Below are positions 1-15,300 of a DNA stretch of 38,542 nt, piece by piece. Position numbers and translations under genes: made by a program. Location: contig WELB01000001.1 in NCBI GenBank assembly GCA_009602725.1, positions 1,074,860-1,113,401 of the forward strand, given 5' to 3'. Origin of the DNA: Spirogloea muscicola (taxonomy: Eukaryota). The notes below the pieces were generated by a model that saw nothing but the letters and a program-made list of their open reading frames with translations, did not search any database and was not told the DNA's origin. How positions within the stretch are numbered: the first letter of the stretch is position 1; each line of letters opens with the position of its first letter.

Positions 1-326
1 GCGCCGCCCCAAGCGCCGCCGCCGCTCGCGGCGGCGCGCTACTCCTCCTCGGCGGCCGCGCATGGCCGCGGGCCCCTCGCCGCGGCCGCAACCACCGCGC
101 TGTTCCCGATGATCGCGCCGCGTTCGCTCTGGCGCTGCAGAGGTTCACATCCCCCCACCGCCGCCACCGCCGCCGCCGTCTCCGCCGCCGCCGCCGCCGC
201 AGCCGCCGTCGCTTGGCAGCCACGCCGCATGACGGCGGCCCTTAGCAGCAGGAGGCGGCTGCGGGGCGCCACGCCGTTCGGGCGGCATATCCGCGGACGT
301 GGAAGCGCCCGCGGAGAGCCGGTCGC

Positions 327-3300
327 ATGGATCGCAGGCTAAACGGTGGCGGTGTAGCTGGCCCGTCCGCCGATCGCACTCACTTCAAGAAGGATGGCCC
401 TGGCCACGCCGGACGACTGCAAGGCAGGCGGAGCGCTGGGAAAGACACGGTCGCAGATGTTCGGCGGACAGGGAGGTCGCGGTGCGTCACGCGCAGTCCC
501 TCGTTTGTGTTGGGGTGCCTCTTGCGAAAGCAGTGGCTCGATTTCGTCTCAGTCACGAACCAGCTCGTCGCTTATATGCAACCAAGCGCATGCGCAGGAT
601 TCAAGCCTCTGAAGAAGAGGCATTGGAATCTCAGATGGGATTTGAGTACTTCACAGAGGGCGAGCCTCGCCTTGGTTGGCTGCTCAACTTCAGTACGGTT
701 AGTGCCAGGCTTGGCTTATGAAGTGAGACGCAATCCTAATTGTCCGGATCCAGATGCCAGTCAGTGTGCCTGGGCCGTGCCACGCCAATCCCAGAGCTTC
801 TTTCTGGGTCTCCAGGCTACTGCTTATCAGCTGACATTGGCATTCTTGAAGGCACAGCCATGCTTAAAGAGGGCCATCGTCTGCATTGCAGGGCTCAATT
901 GAAGATCAGGAGACGAGGCTGACCCGCAGCTGCATCAACCTATACTTCATGTGCCAGGTATTGCCTGCTTATTGTGCTCATTTTGCTCACTACCAAGCAG
1001 CCTGAGGGCAGGCAATCGAGTACCAGACCTCTGTTTGAGCCTGCACAGCGGTCTAGTTACACAGTCCACCTGTATAACCTATGTGGTTCACTACGTACTA
1101 TGAGTAACACAAATTTTGGAGAAACATATGGTTTGCAACACACAGCAAGCGACATGAGGAGAGAAGGGTCACCTCGAGATAATCACTGACACAAACCTTG
1201 TATTTTTTGCCTGAGACAGGACGGGTCGTCGTTCAAGGCGCGAGCCCCTTTCTTACCATACTTCTACCTTCGGACAAAGGTAAGAAAATGATCAGGCTGT
1301 CCATTAAATGGGAGACATTGTATTGTTAATTCCATTCTTCATGCAAGGAGATACTAAATAGCAGCAGGGAGAGTAGGAGGACATCTGCTTTGTTCAGTTG
1401 TTCGGGGCAAGAGGTGTCCCTTAGCAAGGGTAACAAGTGGGCAAAGGCATTGAATGTGTGAAATGATAAATCTACGATAGTGAAACCCAGGCGGCGGGGG
1501 GTTAGAGGAGGTGGAGAGGGAGGGATTTGAAGGGTTATGGATCTCGGTGGCTGGTACTCAAGAGAATCCTTGACTTTTGCAAGTCCTCACTGTGTGCTAC
1601 CTAGGCCACCTAGCAGCAACAGATGCTCAAGGAAGTTCCACTAGGGCCAGGCTTGCCTGAGGCTGCCCACTAATGCTGAGTCAAGAGTACAGAGTGGCAT
1701 GGAGATGGAGGTGGATGCACACCTCCGTCGCCGCTACGAGGGAAGGTTTGCCGACATCTGTATCGTTGAACGGGAGGACCTAGATCTGGTATTGCTACAC
1801 CTCTTCCACAGATTGCACTATGAATGCAGTGTCGCTGTAATTAATCAGTGCCCGCAGAGGCCGTAGGATCTGCTTCTGCGAAGCCTTTACAACATTCGCA
1901 GCTCAAGGAGTGGTGCACCAGAATACCATTTGTCAATGAGAGGCTCGTATGCCCTAGAGCATTAACCAGGAGTGCACACCTGTAGTCTTACCCCTGCACG
2001 CTCCTTCTCTTAATGGCTGCAGAAGAACCACATATCTGGCCTGCGTAGCTCCTTCCTGAAGCTCAGCTTCCATTCGGTTCAAGACTTGATGGATGTGAAG
2101 AGGGAGATTGGCCCTATAGTGGAGCGGAACCGCTCCAAGCTGGAAGCTGCCACAGCCTACCAAACCCTCCAGCAGGAAGGAGGGTATGTTCTTGGCCCAG
2201 CTCCATGAACCCGTTAATGGCACTCAGCATCACAAGGCATTCTACAAGTACTGGACCAAGCCTACGCTCTTCCAGACCTGAGCTCGCTTTTCCGGGCATT
2301 TTGCAACTTGGTGCTGCAGCAGAGGTACAGACAGTAGCAGGGTTCTTGAGTATATGGACTGCCTTTTGGAGATGCGGGAGTATGATGTCCCATATCACGT
2401 CCGCTTTGCCATCGATACGGGTGAGCTACTCTTGAATCCCAGCCTTCAGGCTCAACTTGCTGCTTATTTGGCTGGAAGATGTGAAAGCCCAACTCAATCT
2501 CCTAACAGAGTGACTCCTGCAACATATTGCACCAGATGTCAGATGCGGATACTGGTACACTGTGGCAGCAGAACAAGGTGAAATCAAGGTCAAGAGACGC
2601 GCAGATTTACTGCAGAGAGCAGAGCCCAGGATCTGCGCATTCGATATAGAGACCACCAAGCTTCCCCTCAAATTCCCAGATGCAACCTACGATCAGGTCA
2701 TGATGATCTCGTACATGTTGGATGGCCAGGGCTACCTCATCACCAACCGCGAGGTATGCTCCTACATGCACCCTGGTTCACACATTCGCCAGTGACTGGG
2801 CTTGTTAGCCTGTCACGACTTCAAGGCAGTGCAAATTCAGATACAGACGTGCGGTCTGCATGACTTACGCCAAAAGATTGATGCAATCAATGGATGTGTG
2901 TCCAACCATATCTCTTAGGTTGTAGGTGAAGACATTCATGATTTGGAGTACACACCAAAGCCAGAATTTGAGGGACCATTCAAAGTCTGGAATGAGGCCA
3001 ATGAGGTGAGATTGCAAGTAGCAAGTAAGAGTCCCTCTGACACTGTCCCCTGCCAGTGCTGTAGTTGCTACGCGGAAGGATGGAAGCTGAAAGCAAAAAT
3101 GCAAAGATAGATCATTAAGGGTCAATAAAGTATCGCTGAAGAAACTGGTGTGCTGGTATTATGCAGGAAGCTTTATTAAAACGATGGTTCAAGCACATGA
3201 GGGAATGCAAGCCCGGGATATATGTAACTTACAATGGCGACTTCTTTGACTGGCCATTTATAGAGGCCAGAGCAGCACACCACGGGATGGACATGCACCA

Positions 3301-6300
3301 GGCAGGGACTCGTCTGCCCATTGTACGTGGTAGGCAGCCACTGCATTGTCTTTGCTGCGGATTCTCACTCACATAGAGTGCATTTCGTGCAGGACTTGGG
3401 TTTCCGATGTGACATGAACCAGGGTGAGTGCCGCAGCAAAGCTGCAGTGCACCTTGACTGCTTTGCTTGGGTGAAGCGTGACAGTTACTTGCCACAAGGC
3501 AGCCAGGGCCTTAAGGTACTCACTGCAAATAGCAAGCATAGCACACTTGGTACTGTTCCAGAGCTGAAGCAGGAGTAGCAGCAGATTCAGCACTAGACAG
3601 TGGTCATCTGCATACTTGCCTGGGCATATTCTCATTGTGAACCCGCATCAATTGAGCTTAATTTCCTACTACGTGCCAAGGAATGCCTTCTTGACTGCCA
3701 ATCTGCTATTATCCCCTCTTTGGTCAGGCTGTTACAAAGCAGAAGCTTGGCTACGACCCACTGGAGGTCAACCCAGAGGACATGGTCCGCTTTGCCATTG
3801 AGCAGCCTCAGGTAGGATGCTGTTCCAAGGCATTTGAGACTAAGGCATGAAGGTGACAGTTCATGTGCTTTCCTTGCACCTCTTATGCAATTCTGTAATC
3901 TACTCCTCTGACAATCTCATGCAGGTGATGGCCTCCTACTCTGTGTCTGATGCCGTGGCGACGTACTATCTGTACATGACATATGTGCACCCTTTCATAT
4001 TCTCCCTCGCCACCATCATCCCCATGCCACCACATGAAGTCCTTCGGAAAGGTTCTGGAACACTTTGCGAGATGCTGCTCATGGTGCAGGTGCGAGAGCG
4101 AACTTAAGCCATTGAAATGCCTGCCACTGCACAGACAGGGCCTCCTCTCTTATCAACATTGGGGTTCCAAGACAACATTCTGAAACTTAATGAAAGTGCA
4201 ACCACTCTTTGACAGGCTTTCAAAGGAAAAATTATCTGCCCAAACAAGCACAGCTCTGAGCAGGAGAAGACATACAACAATCACATGTTAGACAATGAGA
4301 CCTACATAGGCGGGCATGTGGAGTGCTTGGAGAGTGGAGTCTTTCGATCTGACCTCCCAACACATTTTCGCCTGGAATCGAAGGCCTACCAGGTGCCTCT
4401 CATATACGGGGCACTTTCACTTACAGGTCGACTATACTTGCCAATGATTGCTGCAGGTTTGTAAGGAACCTGAGCATTGAGGTTCTTGTAAGAGCTATTT
4501 GCACGAAGTAATCTGAAAGATCGGGGAAATTTTCTCTCTGACTGGAGTGAGTACTGGCGCAGGAGCTAATTGACCACCTGGATAGGGATTTGCATTTTGC
4601 AATTGTGGAGGAGAGCAAGCTGGAAATTGCTGATGTCAGCAACTACTCCGAAGTCAAGGAAGCCATTCAGAAGCAGGTATGGTGTGCAGACATTATTGCA
4701 ACTGAGCTGCCTTTGAGTGGCACCGTTATGCAGCTAGCTGCCGGTCAAGCTGTTAGACCACTATGCCCAAGCACATGCCAAGCACATGTTTGGAGGTGTT
4801 AAATGGCGGTGCTGTTATGTGTAGATAGCTCAGTCTCCACTTGTCCAGCAAGGGCTGGTAAGGTGCAAGGCTCACCTCCTACTTAGAGCTACTAGTCAAG
4901 ACGGGCTTGATTAGCTTGGGAGGATGCATGACTCCGAGTCTAAGCATCATCTTGCCATCTCATCTTCCAGTTAGAAGCTCTGAGAGATGCCCCAACAAGA
5001 GATGAGCCCCCAGTCATCTACCATCTGGATGTTGCAGCCATGTATCCCAATATCATCCTTACCAATCGCCTCCAGGTTGGTCACTTATGGCTTTGATTCA
5101 CCTCCAAGTGTGCTGGACTTGCATGTATGCCACTCACTAGTCCGCTCACTATACAGATGATCCTTAGATGGGACAGGCAACTTCAAGCGTGGAAGAGCAT
5201 TTCTAGGCACTCACAAGAGACCATCATCTTGTGCAGCCGCCGTCAATCGTGACAGACGAAGTGTGTGCTGCGTGTGACTTCAATAAGCCCGATAAGACAT
5301 GCCTGCGAAAAATGGAGTGGGTCTGGAGAGGAGAGACATTCATGGCTACCCGCAGGTGCGTATCTCTTGCATCGTAAGCTTTGTCAAAGCTCTGGCCTTT
5401 TCTTTGACATGTAGTGTACGGCAAGGCATTGGTTCTGTGTTTGCTGCTGTCTTCGATACATTCTCACGCCCGCGCTGCTTGAGGAGCTGTGAGAAAACGA
5501 AATGGGACAGGCTGATGAGTGTTCGCCACTCTTACAAAGATCGAACCTGTTCTGCAGTGAGTATGGCCACCTTAAGCATCAACTTGAAGCAGAGCAGTTT
5601 GCTTCTGCAAACAAGGGAGGTGCTCCAAGACTCTTCCGAGAGCTCACAAAGGACGAACAGGAAGCCAAGCTAAAGGATCGACTCAAAAGGTACTGCCAGA
5701 AGGTAATTTTGCAACATGTCTCATGCATCAAGCACAGCAAATAACAAGAGTTTTGATGTTGAAGCCTGATTTGCAGGTGACGTCCACCCTGAATTCCTCA
5801 CAAGACAGTACTGGATTTTGCTGTCAACTTGTACATGCTTCTCCCTCAGCAATGCATCTGCACACAATCACGATCTGAACATTTCTGGTACACTGATATC
5901 ACTTATAAGCCTTGCCAACATTGTCAAAAACAGGTCTACAAGCGTGTGTTAGACAAACCATTCTCAGAGTTGCGAACGGCTGGGATCTGCATGCGCGAGA
6001 ATCCTTTTTATGTCGACACAGTGAAAAGGTTTCTGCAACCCTTGGCCTTCTCAGCCTGCAACCCACCTATGGAGGCAAGCCCTTAATGATGGACTGTGAG
6101 GAGAGAAGGCATGGCACAAGCTAAGCTTGTCCCAATTGCATGACAATCGCATTTTGTTGCTTGCCAGCTTCCGAGATCGACGCTACGAGTACAAAGGTCT
6201 GAACAAGATCTGGAATAAACGCCTCCGCGATGCCAAGTCCCTTGGCGATCCACTGGGTGTTTCAGAAGCCCAGGTACTATGATGATGTGTAGTCAGCCTG

Positions 6301-9300
6301 CAGATCCGATGGGCTTCCTCTTGACTGACTTCGGCTCACGGATTCTGCAGAGCACACAGGATCTGCGTCGTAGCATAGGTGCTGACAGTGTCGCTGAAGC
6401 CACTGTTTTGCACTTGAGAAGCTCCTTCAGCATGCTGGGCCATTTTAGCTGTGACACGCATCATCCAGTCTCACGTCAGCAAACTTGCTCATTTTCATTT
6501 TCAGACAGCTGGTCTTACATATCACATACCTATGAAGTTGATCTACATATGTTGGTATTACTTGCAGGACATGGTCGTCTTGTATGATTCTTTGCAGCTG
6601 GCGCACAAATGCATCTTGAATTCATTTTACGGCTATGTGATGCGAAAGTAAGAGCATTTTCTGCTTGTATCTGCTGATCATGCTCGAATTGATAGTCCTT
6701 TCCACCAGGCTGCTCTGCCAACCTCGTGTAAATATAAACATAATAATCTGTTTAAAATTCATTCTTCCATAGGCTTGGTGCTAGACTCCACTTCAATCTT
6801 CCATCAAATCCTGCTCAGGCGCAGCACCTTGCTTCTTGTGCTACAGCTTCCTCACATGAATCTCTTCCTGTAACCATCAACAACAGAGGTGCAAGGTGGT
6901 ATTCAATGGAGATGGCAGGAGTGGTCACATATACAGGTGCAAGGATCATTCAGAATGCACGAGCGCTAGTGGAGCGGATCGGAAAGCCGCTTGAGCTTGA
7001 CACAGATGGCATTTGGTGTGCCCTTCCATCGTCTTTCCCAGAGAACTTCGTCTTTAACACGAGGTAGCAGGGCTGCCCATCATGCCTAGCATCCTTCAAA
7101 CATTACCACATGGCATTCCCTCTATGTGTTAAATCATGTTCTGCTTAAAGGGCACTCCATCCAATTCAATTATATCCTGCTTTCAACACCTTCTGTACAT
7201 GTAAATTTGCATGGCATGTGTGTCTGATTGCGTGTCAGGAGTGGGAAGAAGCTATCCATCTCTTATCCATGTGTGATGCTGAACGTTGAAGTGGTGGTGA
7301 ATAACAGCAATGACCAATACCAGGTAGCTCAGAGTCGTTTGTGACTTGAAGTCTTGTCATATATGATGGTGAACATAGGCCATCATCAGTATTAGTAATT
7401 GGCTTGGTGCAACAGGGGTCAAAGTATTGAGGTCCATTCGTCCTAATTCATATGCTGTCATGAATTTAAGACATTGACTTGGGACATTGGCATTGCTCTT
7501 CTGTCTGTGAGGCAGACACTGGTTGATTCTTTGCGGAAGGTGTATGTTACAAGCAAGGAATGCTCCATTAGTTTTGAGGTTGATGGCCCTTACAAGGTAT
7601 TATGATCCGTGCTTCAAGGAAGAGTTGCTGCTTTCCTCATGTTGCCCTTGTACTGCATGGTAGGATAGGCAGCACATTGGAGCATGATCAGAGGGATCGA
7701 TGTCACATAAACGACTCTTGACTGCGTGACCAGGCCATGATACTGCCTGCTTCAAAGGAGGAAGGGATATTAATAAAGAAACGGTATGCCGTTTTCAACG
7801 AAGATGGCTCCCTAGCAGAGCTGAAGGGATTTGAGATAAAGCGAAGGGGTGAGCTGAAGCTGATCAAGATCTTCCAGGTACATTCACACATCTTTGCAAA
7901 GAGATTCTCAATCTTCCTCGGCACTTTCTCCAGGTTTATGTAGGTACTCAAAACAAAGCTCGTTCTTGTGCAGTCGGAGATTTTCCAGAACTTTCTTCAT
8001 GGACAGACCTTGACGGAATGCTATGCTGCAGTTGGAGCTGTTGCCAACAGGTGGCTTGACATGCTGGAGGTGCAGTCTCACTGATGCAGGACTACTTAAC
8101 TACCTGAGGCATGTTGGCCACTGTCACAGCAAGCTGTGCTTTGCTATTGTCTGTTGCAGAAGCTTATCCTCTTCCTAACACTGCCTGACACGCTACTCCA
8201 TCTTCTCCATCATGTCTTCCCTGATTAAAGAATCAAGGCATAGATGTGGCCGACGACGAGCTCTTGGAGTACATCTCAGAAGCAAACACCATGAGCAAGT
8301 CCCTTGCCGAGTATGGCGAGAAAAAGTCGTGTGCCACTACAACTGCCCGGCGGCTGGCTGATTTCCTAGGAGATGCCATGGTGAAAGACAAGGGCCTGCG
8401 ATGCCAGTACATCATAGCCAAGACTCCAACAGTGAGCAATGAATAATCGCTATCTGCCATATTCTGTCAGCATGCATATGACCACCCTTACTTGCTCGTC
8501 TGTGTCCTAATAAGACCTTAATCAGTTACAGTTCCCTTGTTCTGTTGCATACTTGTTGCTTATTCTGCTGTTTCTATGAAATTTGAAGAGGAAAGACCCT
8601 CAAATACCTGAAGAGGTGTACAAATGACAATGTTGTAGATGCATCTCATGAAGAAGTAGGCTGAGGCGTGCTCAGCGCAACACATTGGCTTGATTGGTAG
8701 GGCATGCTCTCTTTAACGTCTCACAGATATTCTTCACACCTTGACAGGGCGCTCCGGTCAGTGAACGCGCCATTCCTGTGGCGATTTTCAATACTGAGCC
8801 TGGTACTTCCGCTTCTTTTCTTTGCCTTTGACTGCCGGTGCTTAACATCCATCCTGCTTCAATCTGCCTGACCTTTAGAGGAGTCCCATGTATGAGTGAC
8901 GTCTGATGATGGCAGTTGTGGTGCTTCAGAGATAATGAGGTCATATGTGAGGAAATGGTGCAAGATGTCTGGGGACTTGGAACTACGCGCCATTGTGGAC
9001 TGGGATTACTACCGAGGTCGTCTGAGCAGTTCCATCCAAAAGATCATCACCATCCCTGCGGCCATGCAGAAGGTTGTCAGGCAGATGCCTTGTCTGCCCA
9101 ATATGCACCAGCTGTTCACGTGCAATGTATACTTAAACAAGAAGCTGTGCTGAATATGAATTTGTTTGCAGATTGTCAACCCTGTTCCACGAGTTGTCCA
9201 TCCTAACTGGCTCTGGCGGAAGGTGAGGGACAAGGATGATAAGTTTCAGCAAAGGACCATCAAAGATCTCTTCCTACCTCAGAAGTCACTGCCTGCAGCA

Positions 9301-12300
9301 CCAGCTAGAGACTGTGAGGAAGCTCCCAGCGTTTTGGCTCTCGAACGCGACCTTGAAGACATGGGCCTTGGGCCGTCCTCCAGGTACACATGCCGTGCGT
9401 GCACCTGCCTGATGTACATATGAAGATGAAGTAGCAGCCTACTGCATGATACAAGCCACAATATGTTGCATCTCAAGATTGTGCCTGCATGCTACCAATG
9501 TGCCAGGCAGGGCACTGGAGGAAGTCTACCAGCAAGAGCAGCTGTGAAGTCTCGTCAGGATCAGGAAGACACCGAGAGGAGCAATCATGGTGGAGGCGAA
9601 GCTGCAAATGACGAAGGTGGAAATGGGAGTCCAGGGGAGGTATTCTTGACTGGTAGGAAAGAGCTGATGGAGAGGACCAACAGAAACTTGAGCCCGGAGA
9701 GGGAGCCAGATTATGCTGTTTGGCTTGAGCACCGCAAAAGGAAGTGGCAAGAACTTCGTCAGATGAAGAAGTCGGCAAAGTAAGCAGTAACTCATCTTTC
9801 TGTGCCTTCGACAATGACAAGTAACTGAGCATCCCCCGGCCCTTATCTCTGAAGTCGTCGAAGCAGGTAGACTATTGGACTAATGTAGTCCATCAACCTG
9901 TATAGTGAACTGATGGTTAAGGAGAAGACTGAAGGTAAAGGAGAAGAAGAAGAGGTTTTCAGTATTGACAAATATACAGCAGCTATGAAGATGGAATGCA
10001 ATGCAACATCCTTGTTGCTTCTGATGACAGGGCAGAAGAAGAACAGCGAAGGCGAAGGGAGGGCAATACTACGCCTGACAAGGAACTGCAGAGCAGGGCA
10101 CGTGCACATGAAGGGGCAGGCGCATACTTTAAACAGAAGGAGGCCTCCCTGCTGCGCTCCCATTGGCAGGTGAATGCTGGTCAGTGTTAGAGGTGCAGCT
10201 CTAGGTGCATGAAAACACGAGGGTCTGTTTCTGGCATGTATATTCCACACCTTGACTCGGTCCTGAGACTCAGCTGCTTATGAGTCAATTTGTTTCGACT
10301 TGGTTTACAATCTTCTCGTACACCCACCTGGAAACATGTGCAGGTAATCCAAGTAGCACCTGGCGACAGGCCAGGCAAGTACATTGCATGGGTGTTGGTG
10401 GATCATGACATGTACAAGGTTCCTCTGACCATACCAAGGCAAATCTACATGAACACTCGAGGGGCCGGGTCGGATGATGCAATTGGGGAGAAAGTAAACA
10501 GGACTCTCCCCCATGGTCGCCCTACTCTTAACCTGCTTCAGGTACTAAATACTGATCCAAGCTATACACTTCAAGCTGCAGATGTATGTCAGCTAAGCAC
10601 TTCATGTCCACAGCCGCCTCAAAGCCAAGGTTGGTGAAAGATTATGTGAAGGCTTGCGCATCATGTGACGGTGTTATGACAAGAAGTCCACTGCAGGTCG
10701 TTGTGGCAGAACAACAGTTCCGAGAGGCAACCAAGGAACTGGCTGCTCACCTTACAGACCCAGATGTGGAGGTTAGCTCTTACATGCTGCTGACTGCAAC
10801 TTGTTGGTCCTATGCAAGAAAGTCGGATGCATCAGCGTGTCTGCCTGGAGAGCTAGGTGTTGTTCACGAGATAATAAACATTCGTGTTGTGGAACAGCAT
10901 TCACGGCTCTCCTGAGATGTCCTTCTTGTCCTTCCTTGCAGGGCATTTATGAAACTCAGGTGCCCCTGGAGATCAATGCCGTTCTTGAGATAGGCTGTGT
11001 CTGTGCAATCACGGCAAAGGCTAGGCATCGAAGCCTTCAAGAGGGCTGGCTCCTGGGTGAGCTGACTATGAAGACCACCACAGAGTGCCCGTACCTATCT
11101 TCAGAGGCTAGCTCTTCCTTGCTTGAAGGACTTGCCATCAATTACTTCTTCATCTACCACAGGTACATGACACATGCAGCACCTTTTGTTGCTCATGTTT
11201 GTGCATGCTGTCAATCAGCCGAAGCTGGTATATTACATCTTGTAGGCACTGTGAAAGGCAGCGGCAACCATTCCAGACAAAGGGGCACCAACATGCTTGA
11301 TCATCCTTACACACACTTGGTTGCTGCCAAGCAGAGGAGTAAGACGGTGGGCTTTGATTTCTGAGAGAGATAGGCCTTGATTCTGATCCTGGCAATGGTT
11401 TGTTCACTGCAGTACCTGCGACTCTAGGGGCTTGTTTGCAGTCTATTACCCAGCCAGTGCCTCCCTCCTTGTTCTCATTCAGAGCCAGACACGAAGTCAA
11501 GACATATCAGTACCCGTACTGGAGCGCCAGTTCCAAGTTGCAGCTTTGTCTTCTGGCAATGTAGTGCCACCAACCGCCATAGCCTGCAAGGTAGACCACA
11601 AATTTACCAAGTGCAATTTGTAGCCCATCAGCTTGTTCTTAGTGCTCTACTGTAGTAAGTCCGCGAGAAGCTTAAGCAACGTCTGTGAGATATATAAAGG
11701 TAAAGCGAATACTGTTTCACAGGTGGAATACATGCATACATCCTTGGAGGCAAGGGGCCGAATCCAGCAGGTTATTATGGAGCTGAGGTGAGCTTAGCAA
11801 GTTCATGAGTGCTTGCATGGTATTCTTGGTGTTATTTATTTATTGTGGGCTGCGATTGGGGTAGTCAAAGAGCATTGTTAAATTAAAGATGTGTTCTCAT
11901 TTACCAGGGACACGCACAGAGGCCCCGTTGTGGCCCTCCTTGAGTGCCCAAGACTTGCATCAGCCACTCACAGCTTCACACTGGATGCAAGATCTGTACC
12001 GGCTCTGGGAGATCTGCCTTGTGTTCCAGTGCCATGCAATGCTCGTGACAGCCATTATCAGGCACTCTATACAACCCATACTCACTACTCTTTTGCAATT
12101 TGAGAGCCATCAACTTACTGCCGAATCGAAAGTATCAGTCTTCCATGACAAAACTGCCCATAAGCATACCCAGCATTGCTAAGCGCTGTGATATACTTTC
12201 CTGCAGCTACCTACATGTGGCACTAACATAACCAGATGTGTGCTATGCCATATAGGCCCTCGGGTGGCAGCAAGTAGCAGCTCGCATTGCAGTCCATCGC

Positions 12301-15300
12301 TGCGCGTCGTCAGGCCTCTATCTCCGTGAACACATAGCCATGTCCCGCTATGCTCATGTACGGACTTACTGACGTCACCTGGTGGTCTTCATGTTCTTCA
12401 TATTCTGGAATTTCATATATTCACAACATTCTAATTGCAGAACACTCAGCTTCTATTAGCATGCGCAGCTGAAGCTCCGTCTCAGTCACCTACTCAACCT
12501 CTTCAGGTGCCCTTAGGCAACTTCGAGCCAGACTGGGTGCTCTTCACAGCGGATATGTTCTTTGCTCGAGCTCTCAGGGACAATCAGCAGGTCAGTATTC
12601 AAGCCGTAACATGGTATACTTTTGTATCCTTCAATCATCAGGTTAGGTTGTCAGTGGCGATCAGTGCAGGAATCAAGCAATGCTCCAAGCTATCATAGTC
12701 AGCAATTGCAGCTATGATGCCCCTTCAGGCAGCTGCTTTCCTTTCATAATACAGGTTGTTGCAGCGGATTCTTTGCAGAGACCACGACTGTTCCACATAT
12801 CATGGCTCTCAAGTGGACATAGTAGCGCTTTCTCATTGACAAACTAGGACTGCATCGGCACTAATCTCTACTGTGAGCTGGTTGCAGTTACTTTGGATGT
12901 CAAACAGCGGCCTACCTGACCTTGGTGGAGTGATTGAGGAGGAGGAGGCCAGCTTCGTAGATGAGGTTGACTGTGCATCATCACTATCCTCATAGGAGCT
13001 TTGCTTGAAGCCTGGATAGGCCAGCCTGTGCAATAGTTTAAATGGCACTAGTCAATGACTGGTGTAATAAATCGACTCCAATTATACTGACCTTAGGTAG
13101 AGCAACCGGAGCTGGTGTATCCTGGAGCGTATCGCCAGGTCGTCATAGAGCTCAAGGTAAAGTTGGCAAGTCCCCACACTTGTATTTGGGCCAGCTAAAT
13201 TGCTGTAATGGAAAACACGATGTAAGGATAGTTGTGGGTGGTCCTGTCCTGATTGACTTTGACTGCTTCACCTTCTCCACGCTGCATACCGGCATGCTCC
13301 AGGTGCACCACCTTGCAGTCAACGCGCTCTTACGAAGCAGCCAGATTGACGACATGGAGGGAGGCTCAGTGTTCGGTGGACAGCCCACGGACGACTTTGA
13401 GCTGCCGCTTGGTGGAAGCGTGGCGAGTCACGACGACTCGCTGTCCTGCAGCCCAGCGTTCCGCGTTCTCAAGCAGATGGTCATGGGCTGGGTGCGAGAC
13501 GCCACTGAGTTCCACAACATGTTTGCGGACGAGCTTCTGAAGCACGCGTACAGATGGCTCTGCAGCCCGCAGTCCAAGTTACACGACCCTGCCCTTCACA
13601 GGGTCCTGCAGAAGGTGCACAGCACTCTCTGCTGTTTGGTTGGAGAAGCCTTCTGCTGAGCAGTGATTGTCGATTCATTATCTATTTTAAAAGACATGGC
13701 TTCATAATGGGGACATTTGCATGTCGGTAGACTCTATGTCAGTATGCTATTTCCTGCTAGACCTGAGTCTGACAGCACACTGTGTTGGTGTGCCTTTACT
13801 GCTGAGGCAGGTGATGAAGAAGCTGTTTGCCTTGCTTCTTGCTGAGATGCGAAAGCTTGGAGCTACCATTGTCTTTGCGGACTTCTCACGGATCATCATA
13901 TATACAGGAAAGCACACCAAGTCTGCAGCTGAGGGCTACTGCCAGTACCTTCTCCAAACATTGGCTTCCAGGTTTGACTGCTGTCCTACCATGGTCATGA
14001 TGGGAAAAGGCCAGATCTGGCAGTTTCTAGTCACATGCACTGCGCCCCACTCCTTGCCTCTTTCATGCATGCTTACTTGAGTTGCTACTTTATTGTTTGA
14101 TTTCTGCCGGTCTGTTAATCTGCGTCATCTGGTGCTTGTCTCAGAGAATTATTTGAGTTTGTGACACTTGTACCACAACAGTACTGGCACTCTTTGCTTC
14201 TAATGGATCAGGTATATGCAGCTTCTATATTCATGAAGGCATTTGCTTAGACTGCAGACGCCATCATCGCTCATATGAAAGCTTGGAGGAGCTAATGCAA
14301 ACTCTAACGAATATGTGCAATGCCCCCCCAGTATAATTACGGCGGCATACCGATGAAGCTGGATGATGAGGACAAAGGCCAAAGTGTTGGAGATTGCATG
14401 GAGGACAACAGTCCATCCATTTTGTCCAACTGGAACATTGCCGAGTACCTGCCTCTCGCCACACGAGTAAGAAGTCAGCAAGGGAGCTTTGCTGCAATGG
14501 TGGACCTGACTTACATCCCTGGCAAGAGTTTCAGATTCAGCCATGTGCAGTAGCGCTTGCTGTGCATGGGCTCAACTTTTATGCGTCCTCTCTAAGAGGG
14601 CCACGCAAGTAACACTTCGTCAAATATCCTCGCTGCTCATGTAGGAATACTTTGAGGTTGTCATTGGAGAGTACATATATTTGCCGTGGAAGCACGCCCG
14701 CAGAAAAGCAGCTGAAAGAGCTGCTGCGTGGGACAGTGGTGATCCACCCGCCACAGCTGTTGCAGCTACAGAGATGGAAAAGGATGCCTCCGACTATCTG
14801 CAGACTCAGGTATGACAGCTCCGTGGGATGATCAGATTGTCATTGAGTTATTGAAATAGTGGCTGAATTGAACCTGTCTTTGACTGTTACTTGTCCCGCG
14901 GAATACGATCTCCTACTTGCACTGAATGTGCACGTCATTGCTGGCCAGTTGATGTGGGGATGCGGCCGAGGCTCCCAAGATGATGTGCACGTAGTACCAA
15001 ACCACAGTTCATTGAAGCGTGACGGTGGGCTGAGTGTGGCATGGTGCAGGTCGCGACATATTTCACAGGGAAGATGCTGAGGATTGTGCACAACATACAG
15101 AACTTTGTGTCTGCCAACAAAGGGGGTGATGTGGGTGACCCCAAAGCCGCTGCTGCTTGGAAGTTCCCCAAGCTCGCTGGGTCGCATCTAGAACTCCGCA
15201 ACCCAGCATTGGAGTTCATCAAGTCCATCTGCACAGTCATGTCGATTGACGAGGCTGTGTCCTACCAAGTGATGGTACGCGTGCTGCTGGCTTTATTTAT

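Noticed and set aside
1..300. Short GC-rich minus-strand ORFs, possibly a gene divergent from POL2
   Set aside because: Low-complexity (GCC)n translations with early stops; no recognisable protein or splice structure within the window.
424..597. GC donor (AAG|GCAGGC) for POL2 intron 1
   Set aside because: Wrong phase; the canonical donor GTGCGT at 482 gives the correct frame.
6279..6400. Possible intronic C/D snoRNA (ATGATGA...CTGA)
   Set aside because: No convincing terminal stem or recognisable rRNA guide; such boxes occur by chance.
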